A DNA stretch of 64,000 nucleotides from Octopus sinensis (Eukaryota), in NCBI RefSeq assembly GCF_006345805.1, contig NC_043022.1, positions 20,708,001 through 20,772,000 of the forward strand, given 5' to 3'. Each line of letters begins with the position of its first letter. Positions within the stretch are counted from its first letter, which is position 1. Below the pieces are notes generated by a model that was not told the origin of the DNA, made no database searches, and saw nothing but the letters and a program-made list of their open reading frames with translations. Of this stretch, positions 53,048-62,260 are shown one piece after another. Position numbers and translations under genes: made by a program.

Positions 53048-56000
53048 TACCAGTAAGCATGTTTCCCTCCACAAAACTGGGACAACCAGAAGCAGACATA
53101 CTTACTTGACCCTCAAGAAGTTCGTCCGTCTTCAGTTGCTGATTCTGAAGTTCCTGCTTCAGGCTGTTGTGCTGCTCACCGAGGGCTTCATTCTGCTCCT
53201 GCAGTTGTGCAGTTACCACTTGCTGCGGAGTGTTTAGAGGGTTAGTTAGAGTAAATTACAGGTGTAAAGCACAGAGCGAATATGAAACATGAAAGGATGG
53301 TGGCAGTGGCAGTGACGGTAGTGATGACAACAAGGCGGCGAGCTGGCAGAATCGGTAGCACGCTGGGCGAAATGCTGAGCGGTATTTCGTCTGCTGCTAT
53401 GTTCTGAGTTCAAATTCCGTCGAGGTCGACTTTGCCTTCATCTCTTTCGGGGTCGATAAATTTAGTACCCAGTTATGCACTGGGGTCGAATTATTGACTT
53501 CGGTGGCAGTGACGGTAGTGATGACAACAAGGCGGCGAGCTGGCAGAATCGGTAGCACGCTGGGCGAAATGCTGAGCGGTATTTCGTCTGCTGCTATGTT
53601 CTGAGTTCAAATTCCGTCGAGGTCGACTTTGCCTTTCATCCTTTCGGGGTCGATAAATTAAGTACCCAGTTATGCACTGGGGTCGAATTATTGACTTCGG
53701 TGGCAGTGACGGTAGTGATGACAAGGCGGCGAGCTGGCAGAATCGGTAGCACGCTGGGCGAAATGCTGAGCGGTATTTCGTCTGCTGCTATGTTCTGAGT
53801 TCAAATTCCGTCGAGGTCGACTTTGCCTTTCATCCTTTCGGGGTTCGATAAATTAAGTACCCAGTTATGCACTGGGGTCGAATTATTGACTTCGGTGGCA
53901 GTGACGGTAAGTGATGACAAGGCGGCGAGCTGGCAGAATCGGTAGCACGCTGGGCGAATGTGAGCGGTATTTCGTCTGCCGCTACATTCTGTGAGTTCAA
54001 ATTCTGTCGAGGTCGACTTTGCCTTTCATCCTTTCGGGGTCGATAAATTAAGTACCCAGTTATGCACTGGGGTCGAATTATTGACTTCGGTGGCAGTGAC
54101 GGTAGTGATGACAAGGCGGCGAGCTGGCAGAATCGGTAGCACGCTGGGCAAAATGCTGAGCGGTATTTCGTCTGCCGCTACATTCTGAGTTCAAATTCCG
54201 TCGAGGTCGACTTTGCCTTTCATCCTTTCGGGGTCGATAAATTAAGTACCAGTTACGCACTGGGGTCGATGTAATCGACTTAACCCGTTTGTCTGTCCTT
54301 GTTTGTCCTCTCTGTGTTTAGCCCCTTGTGGGTAGTAAAGAAATAGGCAGTGATGACAACAAAGACAATGACACTGATGACGGTGATGATGATGACGATA
54401 ATATTGGGTTGTCCGGAAAGTTCATGCCGGTTTATAGTAGCTTACCTTTCGACTTATTTTACAACATGGTAGAGTCCTAAATAGGATTTGACTACACCTC
54501 CATTTAGAGCACAGTTTGCTGAGTTACAGAAACGTAAACAGACCAACATTGGTTGTCAAGCGATGGTGGGTGGGTGGGGGTGGGGGAGGACAAACACAGA
54601 CAAGACACACAAACATATACATATATATACATATACACAACAGGCTTCTTTCAGTTTCCATCTACCAAATCCACTCGCAAGTCTTTGGTCAGCCCGAAGC
54701 TATAGCAGAAGACATTTGCCCAAGGTGCCATGCAGTGGGACTGAACCCAGAACCATGTGGTTGGGAAGCAAGCTTCTTACCACACAGCCACGCCTGCGCC
54801 TATGTTCATAATTCAGAAACTGATTTGAATATTTACCTTAGAGAATGATAAAGCAAGTACTAGGCTTAAAAAGTAGCTAACGGGGTTTTAGTCAAACAAT
54901 TTTGTTTCAGTCATTGGACTACGACCATGCTGGAGTACCACATCCATAGTCCAATAACTGAAAGAACTAAAAGACAAAAGATACACAGAGTCTGCCAAAA
55001 AAAAATGTGTACACACTTCAAGGAAAGGAAAAATCTGTATAAATATTTTAATTCCGTGTTACATCAATTTACTCTACTCTACTCTCTCTAACTTGTTTCA
55101 GTCATTTGACTGCGGCCATGCTGGAGCACCGCCTTTAGTCGGGCAAATCGACCCCGGGACTTATTCTTTGTAAGCCCAGTACTTATTCTATCGGTCTCTT
55201 TTGCCGAACCGCTAAGTGACGGGGACGTAAACACACCAGCATCGGTTGTCAAGCAATGCTAGGGGGACAAACACAGACACACAAACACACACACATATAT
55301 ATAAATATATATATATACATATATACGACAGGCTTCTTTCAGTTTCCGTCTACCAAATCCACTCACAAGGCATTGGTCGGCCCGGGGCTATAGCAGAAGA
55401 CACTTGCCCAAGATGCCACGCAGTGGGACTGAACCCGGAACCATGTGGTTGGTTAGCAAGCTACTTACCACACACCCACTCCTGCAAAACTTCATCATCA
55501 TTATCATCATCACTTAATGTCTATCTTCCATGCATGTCTAAGTAGGACAGTTGACAAGAGCCAGCCCAGGTAGAAGACTGCCCCAGGCCATTGTGTCTGT
55601 TTTAGCCATTTTAACACCGACCACTCTGCAGAGTGGACTGAGTGACTTTTACATGGCACCAGCACAGGCGAGGTCAGTTTTGGCTTGGTTTTTACAGCTG
55701 GGTGTCTTTCCAAATGCCAGCCACTTTACAGTGTGGACTGGATGCTTTTTATGTGGCACCAGCACTGGTAGGGTCACCAAGCAACTTGCAAGACAAGGAA
55801 TTTTGAGGTGGGGGGCATTGGAGGAGGGGATCTTGTGTCAGATGAAGAAAGATCAAAAGAGGTATCTATATCTATAGGGGTTCTTATACAAGCATGACTC
55901 AGTTGTTAGAGCATCGAGCTTATGATCGTGAGGTTGTGAGTTCTATTCCCGGACTGGGCTGTGTGTTGTGTTCTTGAGCAAGATACTTTATTTCACGTTG

Positions 56001-59000
56001 CTCCAATTAACTCAGCTGTAGAAATGAGTTGCAACGTCACTCGTGCCAAGCTGTATCGGCCCCTTTGCTTTTCCCTTGGATAACATCAGTGGTGTGGAGA
56101 GGAGAGGCTGGTATGCCTGGGCGACTGCTGGCCTTCCATAAAAAACAATCTTGCCTGGAATTGTGCCTTGGGGGGGTAACTTTCTAGGTACAATCCCATG
56201 GTCATTCATGACCAAAGGGAGAGGGGTCTCCTCACCTCCTATACAAGCTAGATATTTATACAGATTTTTCCTTTCCTGACGCATGTATACATTTTTGGGG
56301 CAGATTCTGCATTTAGACGTTTGAAGCAAATAAACTTACTTGTTGCTTTCCTTCTTCTTCTTTTTCCATCTTATACTTCGCAATGTCCCCATTCAGTTCC
56401 TCAACAGTTCCCTTTAGACTTTCACTGTACTCATTTGCCTTCTCCAGTTGATCTTCCAACTGTTCTTTCTCCTTGGTCACTTTGTTGACACTGGTCTGAA
56501 GGTCATCTATGCGGGCTGACTGCTCCAGTTTAGAACATTTTAGTCGCTCGTAGTCGTTCTTCACTTTGTTATAGTCAGATTTCTGCTCCTCAATCTCCCG
56601 TCGGAATTCCTCCAACTGGTTTGTCAGCACCATTTCCTCTTCACTCAGCTGCAGTTTCTCTTTAATGATTTCATCTCTCTTTGCTTGGATCTCTTTCACC
56701 TCAGCATTCAACAATTCCACTTTCTCCATCAAGTTCTTCTTGTCATTGCTCATTATTTCAGCAATGTCCTTTAACGACAAAAACAAAAATCCATATATAC
56801 ATAATCACAGGTAGAACTATATTACAATAATTCGGCACACACAATTTGGCCAGTCATTATCATCATTTAATGGGCAATCATTCGGTACTAGTAACATAAC
56901 TGTTACTTATAAACCCACGTGTGTTTGTATACATTTCTGAAGAAGATCGTTGGTTTCCATAAAAAATTTTTATTTTTTTACATATGGGTTTGGGGGGAAA
57001 CAAATACATACACACACACACATACACAGAAACGGAACACCTACTTCAAAAGAACTTCGCGCTCTATCTGTCTGGCTTTTACGCCGACTTGAAAAGATAC
57101 CCTAATCCCCTACCCCTAACCCTAACCCCACATATATAAAAAAATAAAAATTTTACGGAAAGTGACGATCTTCTTCTTCAAATGTAAACAAATACATGTG
57201 ATGTAAATGGGACTCATATCGAAAGAATGCCCATTTAATGTCCTCCTTGGACATGGGTTGGATGGTTTGACAGGAGCTGGCTAGGCAGAAGCCTGCACCA
57301 TACTCTTTTGTCTGTTTTGGCATGGTTTTTTTTTCTTTTAACGGCTGGATGCCCTTCCTAATACCAACCACCCCGCATAGTGTACTTAGTGCTTTTTACA
57401 TGGCTTCAGCATAGGTGAGGTCAGTTTTGGCATGGTTTTTACAGCTGGATGCCCTTCCTAACACCAACCACTCCACAGAGTGGACTTAGTGCTTTTTATG
57501 GGGCACCAACACGGGCGAGGTCAGTTTTGGCATGGTTTTTACAGCTGGATGCCCTTCAATTGCCAACCACTTTACGAAGACTGAGGTGCAACTGTATAGT
57601 GTTTTTAAATATCTTGCTAGCCTGGCTGAGGCTCATATCATTACGTTTATGAATTTTTGTTGCAGAATTCCTGATGTGAAAATCATGTGTTGAAACAGAT
57701 ACAGTTCTATTTCAGAATGGTCATTTTTTTTCTTTTCTTGCCAAATAAACCATTTCTGGTCGCCTGTTTTGGCATGGTTTCTATGGCTAGATACCTCTTT
57801 ACTCTTTACTCTTTTACTCTTTTACGTGTTTCAGTCATTTGACTGTGCCCATGCTGGAGCACTACCTTTAGTCAAGCAAATCGACCCCAGGACTTATTCT
57901 TTGTAAGCCTAGTACTTATTCTATCGGTCTCTTTTGCCGAACTGCTAAGTTACGGGGATGTAAACACACCAGCATCGGCCGTCAAGTGATGTTGGGGGAA
58001 CAAACACAGACACACAAACACCCACACACACAAACACACACACATACACATATACGATGGGCTTCTTTCAGTTTCCGTCTCACAAGTTTCCACTCACAAG
58101 GCTTCGGTCAGCCCGAGGTTATAGTAGAAGACTACTTACCACACAGCCACTCCTACACCTACCCTTTATTAATGCCAACCACTTTACAGAGTGTACTGGG
58201 TGATTTGTATGTGTTAGGGTGGGAGGGACAAAATCAGGCTCAACTACTCACCTGCCATGTCTCGAGTTGCTCCTTCTGCACTCTCATATCCTTTAACTCC
58301 TTCTTCAGTAATTCCACCTGGGCATGGCTAGCATCTCTCTCTCGTAGAAGCTTCTCTGAAGACTTCTGCATCGAAGAAAGCACAAACAGGTACAGAGCTA
58401 GGAAGAGATATAGGGAGAGAGAGAGGGAGATAGAAAGGGAGGGAGATAGAGAAGGAGGGAGATATAGAGAGGTGATGGGTGTGAGGGAAGATAAGGGGAG
58501 GGGAGGAAAGAGGGAGTGTGAGAGAGTGAGAGAGGAGGGGAGACAGCAGGAGAGGGAGAGAGACAGAAGGAGGGAGAGAGACAGAAGGAGGGACAGAGTT
58601 GGAGGGACAGAGAGGGAGAGGAAGGAAAAGAGGGAGAGAGAAGGGCAGAAGGAAAGAGAAGCAGAGAGAGAGCGGGGAGGGAGGGAAAGAGAGAATAGTA
58701 TGGAAATCCACAGAAACACACAAGGACACAAACAGGCATGCACATAAACACAAAAATACACAAACACACACAGACATACATATACAAACATGGGTAGAGA
58801 CATGAAAACACACAAACACAGATACATAAATACACAGACAAACATGCACAAACAAACACACACACACGTCCAAATACACAGAGCCAAACACAAACACACA
58901 CTTAAATGCAAACATACACACATATATCTAAACACACACACACATCCAAATACATCTAAACACACACACACATAGCCAAACACATCTAAACACACACACA

Positions 59001-60928
59001 CACATCCAAATACATCTAAACACACACACACATATCCAAACACATCTAAACACACACACACACATCCAAATACATCTAAACACACACACACACATCCAAA
59101 TACATCTAAACACACACACACACATCCAAACACATCTAAACACACACACACACATCCAAATACATCTAAACACACACACACACATCCAAATACATCTAAA
59201 CACACACACACACACTCAAATGCCAACATGCACAGACATCTACACACACACACACATCCAAATACATCTAAACACACACACACACATCCAAATACATCTA
59301 AACACACACACACACATCCAAATACATCTAAACACACACACACACACACTCAAATGCCAACATGCACAGACATCTAAACACACACACATATCCAAACACA
59401 AACAAATACACACAGACATCTAAACACACACACATATCCAAACACAAACAAATACACAGACATCTAAACACACACACACCCAAATACATCTAAACACATA
59501 TGCATACATACACACACACACTCAAATGCCAACATACAGACATCTAAACACACACACACATACACAAATACATCTAAACACACACACATCCAAATACATC
59601 TAAACACACACACACACACACAAATACATCTAAACACACACACACTCAAATGCCAACATACACATACATCTAAAACACACACACAAACACACACGCATAC
59701 ACACATAGAACCAAACCTAAACACTCCTACCAACACAACAGACAAACAATAAACACACTCAAACCTGATGATCTTCCAGCTTCTGCTCCATGTTGTCCAT
59801 CTCAGATCGTAGGCTGGTGGTTTTGTAGCGCATTTGCTGCTGGTGGTCTCGTTCCAACTCGGCCTTCTGCTGTACCTGCTCCAGCTGGCCAAAAAAGGTT
59901 TGTGAAAGGTTTGTTACTTCAAGCAACATAAGAAGTTGCACAAACATACATACACACTCTTTTACTCTTCTACTCTTTTACTGCTTTCAGTCATTTGACT
60001 GCGGCCATGCTGGAGCACCGCCCTTTTCGTCAGGCAAATCGACCCCAGTACTTATTCTCTGTAAGCCTAGTGCTTATTCTATCGGTCTCTTTTGCCGAAC
60101 CGCTAGGTTACGGGGACGTTAACACACCAGCACCGGTTGTCAAGCAATGCTAGGGGGACAAACACAGACACACAAACACACACACGCGTATATATATACA
60201 TATATACGACGGGCTTCTTTCAGTTTCTGTCAACCAAATCCACTCACAAGGCTTTGGTCAGCCCGAGGCTATAGTAGAAGACACTTGCTCAAGGTGTCAC
60301 GCAGTGGGACTGAACCCAGAACCATGTGGTTCGTAAGTAAGCTACTTACCACACAGCCACTCCTGTACCTATAAATTTATATTTTGTAGGGTGGAGGTAG
60401 ACAATTACGTTCCAGTGGCATATGGTGGTTACTGTAGTGGGTGTGCTGCTACCCTCAACACCACCAAATTTAAAGCAGGGGTATAACTAAAGTTATACAA
60501 AACTTCTATAATTATAAACATAATTATAATTAGGGTTCAGCAAAACTGCTTCACCACATACTGAAATTTAGAAATAGCAGTTAAAATACTGCTTCACCAC
60601 ATACTGAAATTTAGAAATAGCAGTTAAAATACTATTCCACCACCATAAGATATCTTCCAGACAGCAATACTCCCAACTCACACAGGTAAAGAGAAAAAAA
60701 TTATATATATATATAATAATTATTTTTAGCAAATCAATGAAAACAAAAGATGAAGAGGAGAAAATGACTAAAAGAATTTTGTTTATATTTTTACCTGTGA
60801 TTTGAGGTTTTTATTATCATATTCGAGATTTCGAACCTGCATCTTCAGTGACACGAGTTCAGTCTCAACCTTTGTCTTATTTTCAATGACCTTTCGAAGA
60901 GCAACATCACAGGATCGGCGTTTGGTAG
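26325..60928 (-). CDS. Large coiled-coil protein of unknown identity, 3' part; 21 coding exons, start codon outside the window
   Basis: Minus-strand GT-AG exons 60928-60795, 59884-59765, 58365-58252, 56768-56340, 53222-53106, 52663-52626, 50334-50145, 48714-48622, 47699-47028, 45774-45550, 42444-42369, 40320-40277, 38123-37938, 35692-35549, 34852-34769, 32706-32549, 31761-31644, 30134-29977, 29358-29194, 28166-28007, 26501-26325 all join in phase (about 3.6 kb, about 1200 aa). E/K/Q/L-rich heptad composition. No recognisable catalytic motif. Confidence 0.88.
27676..27906 (-). mobile_element. SINE family B (GCTGGCAGAAACGTTAGCA head; CCTTTCATCCTTTCGGGGTCGATAAATTAAGTACCAG central domain, MetaSINE-like by recollection)
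   Basis: TSD ATGAGTCCAATACC(C)TA on both sides. Other copies at about 5670-5805, 8400-8845, 14176-14680, 36490-36710, 36995-37190, 39450-39635, 39812-40227, 44809-45044 (17-bp TSD, nested in family A), 50435-50640, 52255-52370, 53330-54346. Confidence 0.85.
28007..28166 (-). CDS. Coiled-coil gene exon (SGEQVEIIREL...NHNL)
   Basis: ctacag acceptor, gtaagt donor, 160 nt. Confidence 0.87.
28310..28935. mobile_element. Palindromic MITE-like element with internal direct and inverted duplications
   Basis: gcagcat(g/c)gaaggtgtttataagccatttaaaaacacac arms in both orientations; the gacc.caacctgttcac..agatgcaacatggaattttgtc block is repeated. Confidence 0.55.
29194..29358 (-). CDS. Coiled-coil gene exon (QLHNQEKMLMKEQL...RELFS)
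   Basis: ttgcag acceptor, gtaaga donor, 165 nt. Confidence 0.87.
29977..30134 (-). CDS. Coiled-coil gene exon (CDINCANSD...KFLRA)
   Basis: ttgcag acceptor, gtaact donor, 158 nt. Confidence 0.87.
30208..30605 (+). mobile_element. tRNA-derived SINE family A (GGAGTGGCTGTGTGGTAAG head, internal TA/TG microsatellite, AAGAGTA tail)
   Basis: Near-identical copies at about 4480-4760(-), 6364-7030(+), 10281-10663(+), 21125-21282(-), 23030-23390(+), 23400-23780(-), 31845-32095(-), 33885-34315(+), 44678-45360(+), 54520-54800(-), 55085-55485(-), 57815-58152(-), 59958-60365(-). Confidence 0.88.
31191..31470 (-). mobile_element. 5'-truncated CR1-clade LINE 3' end nested in an RTE-related SINE
   Basis: Minus strand reads RLRGHSEKLYLRRFHLNRRRGAFSVRVADPWNKLPDEMV (CR1 RGH..FS.RV..WN.LP motif); (TAAC)n tail. 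Confidence 0.8.
31644..31761 (-). CDS. Coiled-coil gene exon (KQLLQYQNQLKQEM...NNNK)
   Basis: gtgcag acceptor, gtaagt donor, 118 nt. Confidence 0.83.
32549..32706 (-). CDS. Coiled-coil gene exon (CDQYEDEVQSL...EEKIK)
   Basis: ttctag acceptor, gtaaga donor, 158 nt. Confidence 0.85.
32870..33253 (-). mobile_element. tRNA-derived SINE, head GGAGGCGCAATGGCCCAGTGGTTAGGG (octopus OR-type by recollection)
   Basis: A/B-box-like head plus TTGAGCGAAAACACCTAAAG body. Other copies at about 518-862(-), 6722-6972(-), 21417-21700(+), 35833-36131(-), 37260-37596(-), 40531-40925(+). Confidence 0.85.
34769..34852 (-). CDS. Coiled-coil gene exon (AYDKLSTLLGK...NLDQ)
   Basis: tttcag acceptor, gtatgc donor, 84 nt. 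Confidence 0.8.
35145..35330. repeat. ~38-40-bp minisatellite (CACTAACATGGGGTAACTTAGCCCTAAATATACAGACAC), about 5 degenerate copies
   Basis: Direct inspection. Confidence 0.75.
35549..35692 (-). CDS. Coiled-coil gene exon (EILQLHHDVTV...CELTQ)
   Basis: gtttag acceptor, gtaaga donor, 144 nt. Confidence 0.78.
37938..38123 (-). CDS. Coiled-coil gene exon (ASEVKLGVSQNQ...EAKQK)
   Basis: gttagt donor; acceptor ambiguous (in-frame AGs give starts at 38123, 38093 or 38087). Confidence 0.78.
40277..40320 (-). CDS. Coiled-coil gene micro-exon (ALAQERNSDDERSQT)
   Basis: ggacag acceptor, gtaagg donor, 44 nt. Confidence 0.72.
41310..41880 (+). mobile_element. Two decayed tandem RTE-like 3' end fragments
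   Basis: RMPEERIAKLILQAKPIGRRPMGR resembles the RTE C-terminus; the aagccaattggcaggag...cagttggtca.gcttgtga.tccagc block occurs twice. Confidence 0.55.
42369..42444 (-). CDS. Coiled-coil gene exon (INKLMHYAKERKHG...HVS)
   Basis: gattag acceptor, gtaagt donor, 76 nt; supplies the phase 1 needed by the next exon. Confidence 0.75.
42996..43630. repeat. Near-perfect 308-bp inverted repeat with a 19-nt loop
   Basis: Arms 42996-43303 and 43323-43630; about 3 differences seen. Confidence 0.95.
43671..44303 (+). pseudogene. Penelope-like element linker plus GIY-YIG endonuclease coding remnant
   Basis: ORF track 210 aa with an IIY...YVG GIY-YIG variant, conserved Arg in KARFNNH and Cys motifs. Confidence 0.85.
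44498..44560 (+). ncRNA. Hammerhead-like motif in the Penelope-like element 3' pLTR
   Basis: AGATAA-CCGAAGA-GATG...CATC-T-GAAAC-TCAGA-GTT-TTATCT; helix I AGATAA/TTATCT; U4-to-C core variant. Confidence 0.55.
45550..45774 (-). CDS. Coiled-coil gene exon (ENTSDEFVICLDAM...QLYQQ)
   Basis: gaacag acceptor, gtatta donor, 225 nt. Confidence 0.85.
47028..47699 (-). CDS. Coiled-coil gene exon (KQEESQEKL...acidic linker...RPLLI)
   Basis: 672-nt open frame, cttcag acceptor, gtaagt donor. Confidence 0.9.
48622..48714 (-). CDS. Coiled-coil gene exon (IEELKKETANLK...EYEV)
   Basis: ttgtag acceptor, gtaagg donor, 93 nt. Confidence 0.85.
48760..48978. mobile_element. hAT (Charlie-like) MITE
   Basis: CAGTGGTTCCCAAA / TTTGGGAACCAT termini; perfect 8-bp TSD CCATATAT. 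Confidence 0.75.
49873..50041. repeat. 21-bp minisatellite, 8 copies (AATCAGGACATCTGGTACRGA)
   Basis: Direct inspection. Confidence 0.95.
50145..50334 (-). CDS. Coiled-coil gene exon (SLAAEIDDLKSKL...MSQVE)
   Basis: atgcag acceptor; donor gtaagg after 50145, or an in-frame alternative gtagag after 50151. Confidence 0.85.
52626..52663 (-). CDS. Coiled-coil gene micro-exon (HQLLSKHEEMCN)
   Basis: tttttaacag acceptor, gtgagt donor, 38 nt; supplies the phase shift required by the next exon. Confidence 0.75.
53106..53222 (-). CDS. Coiled-coil gene exon (QVVTAQLQEQ...LLEGQ)
   Basis: ccgcag acceptor, gtaagt donor. Confidence 0.85.
53299..54346 (+). repeat. Tandem array of five ~196-bp units (flank plus SINE B 5' part); only the last unit has the full SINE tail
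   Basis: Units start at 53299, 53502, 53699, 53894 and 54089. Confidence 0.9.
54402..54540 (+). mobile_element. Mariner-like TIR fragment
   Basis: TATTGGGTTGTCCGGAAAGTTC resembles mariner terminal repeats preceded by TA. Confidence 0.45.
55895..56232 (+). mobile_element. tRNA-derived SINE family C (TCAGTGGTTAGAG head, TGTTCTTGAGCAAGACACTTTATTTC core)
   Basis: Copies at about 1420-1620, 4868-5160, 5930-6260(-), 11120-11430, 38215-38430, 40925-41260, 52145-52255. Confidence 0.8.
56340..56768 (-). CDS. Coiled-coil gene exon (DIAEIMSND...EEGKQQ)
   Basis: 429-nt open frame, gtaagt donor. Confidence 0.9.
58252..58365 (-). CDS. Coiled-coil gene exon (KSSEKLLRER...LETWQ)
   Basis: tgcag acceptor, gtgagt donor, 114 nt. 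Confidence 0.87.
58380..59720. repeat. GA-rich tract followed by a ~28-30-bp CA-rich minisatellite (ACATCTAAACACACACACACACATCCAAAT)n
   Basis: Direct inspection; explains the DVFGCVCVCL pseudo-ORFs. Confidence 0.9.
59765..59884 (-). CDS. Coiled-coil gene exon (LEQVQQKAELER...LEDHQ)
   Basis: AG/GT boundaries, 120 nt. Confidence 0.85.
60532..60702 (-). repeat. Old diverged fragment of the ~600-bp array family, with an internal ~43-bp duplication
   Basis: agggttcagcaa...catactgaaatttagaaatagcagt...cacacaggtaaagag resembles 60993-61135. Confidence 0.65.
60795..60928 (-). CDS. Coiled-coil gene exon (TKRRSCDVALRKVIENK...NLKSQ)
   Basis: ctgcag acceptor, gtaaaa donor, 134 nt, starts in phase 1. Confidence 0.82.
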
Positions 60929-60950
60929 CTGCAGATAAAATAGTTATAAC

Positions 60951-60984
<34 letters not shown>

Positions 60985-61168
60985 TAAGCAATAAGGGTTC
61001 AGCAACGAATTGCCTTACACATACCGAATTTAGAAATAGCAGTCAAAGGGTTATAGCTATTTCTTCTACTAAAAAGGGAGATCTCAGTAAAAACAGCAAT
61101 TGGAAGGCTGACACAAACAGGTAAGAGAGAATGAATTAACCGCAATCTATCAAACATTTTTAAAGTTA

Positions 61169-61275
61169 TCCACGGACGTACGTTTCGAAATCAAGTTTTA
61201 GGAAAGCATAAGAATTAAAATATTAAATATTAAATAATTCTATCTTACCGAAACTTCTTTTCTCTTCAGCGTGGA
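61169..61275 (-). ncRNA. Type I hammerhead ribozyme in the inverted copy (sense to the coiled-coil pre-mRNA)
   Basis: Reverse complement of the same motif: tccacggacgtacgtttcg...tcttcagcgtgga. Confidence 0.78.
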
Positions 61276-61560
61276 ATACCATAATCATAAATGATTATAT
61301 ATTGAATTTTGAGATACTAGGAGGCACCAACTCAACTCAGTATCAGAGCGAGCTGGAATCCTCAACTAGTATCACCGAATTCAAATTTGTGAATGAAACG
61401 ATTGTGTCAACAGCCCCTTCCCACCCGCGTGTAGCCAAAACAAGATGCTGTAGTCATCTACTGAGATAAATATGGTTATCCGTAATAATGAAGGGTGAAA
61501 GTTGAGTTGGTGCCTCCTAGTATCTCAAAATTCAATATATAATCATTTATGATTATGGAT

Positions 61561-61664
61561 TCCACGCTGAAGAGAAAAGAAGTTTCGGTAAGATAGAATT
61601 TTTAATATTAATATTTTAATTCTATGCTTTCCTAAAACTTGATTTCGAAACGTACGTCCGTGGA
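61561..61664 (+). ncRNA. Type I hammerhead ribozyme, array unit 1
   Basis: Helix I TCCACG/CGTGGA; core CTGAAGA...GAAA; helix III AC-GTAC-GT; GTC cleavage triplet (cut after 61658). Confidence 0.78.
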
Positions 61665-62153
61665 TAACTTAAAAATGTTTGATAGATTGCGGTTAATTCA
61701 TTCTCTCTTACCTGTTTGTGTCAGCCTTCCAATTGCTGTTTTTACTGAGATCTCCCTTTTTAGTAGAAGAAATACTATAACCCTTTGACTGCTATTTCTA
61801 AATTCGGTATGTGGTAAGGCAATTCGTTGCTGAACCCTTATTGCTTAGTATTACTTAAATTTTCCTCAAATGAGGCTTTTACATGCCGAAGACTACTTGG
61901 TGTAATTGATAATTATTCCAATTAATTAATTTCACCCTTCATTATTACGGATAACCATATTTTATCTCAGTAGATGACTACAGCATCTTGTTTTGGCTAC
62001 ACGCGGTGGGAAGGGGCTGTTGACACAATCGTTTCATTCACAAATTTGAATTCGGTGATACTAGTGAGGATTCCAGCTCGCTCGATACTGAGTTGAGTTG
62101 GTGCCTCTCTAGTATCTCAAAATTCAATATATAATCATTTATGATTATGGTAT

Positions 62154-62260
62154 TCCACGCTGAAGAGAAAAGAAGTTTCGGTAAGATAGAATTATTTAAT
62201 ATTTAATATTTTAATTCTTATGCTTTCCTAAAACTTGATTTCGAAACGTACGTCCGTGGA
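62154..62260 (+). ncRNA. Type I hammerhead ribozyme, array unit 2
   Basis: Same motif; G10.1 at 62167 pairs with C11.1 at 62242; predicted cut after 62254. Confidence 0.8.

Noticed and set aside
58240-59349. 369-aa minus-strand ORF, the longest in the track
   Set aside because: Minisatellite and GA-tract translation; only its last ~38 codons are the real exon 58365-58252
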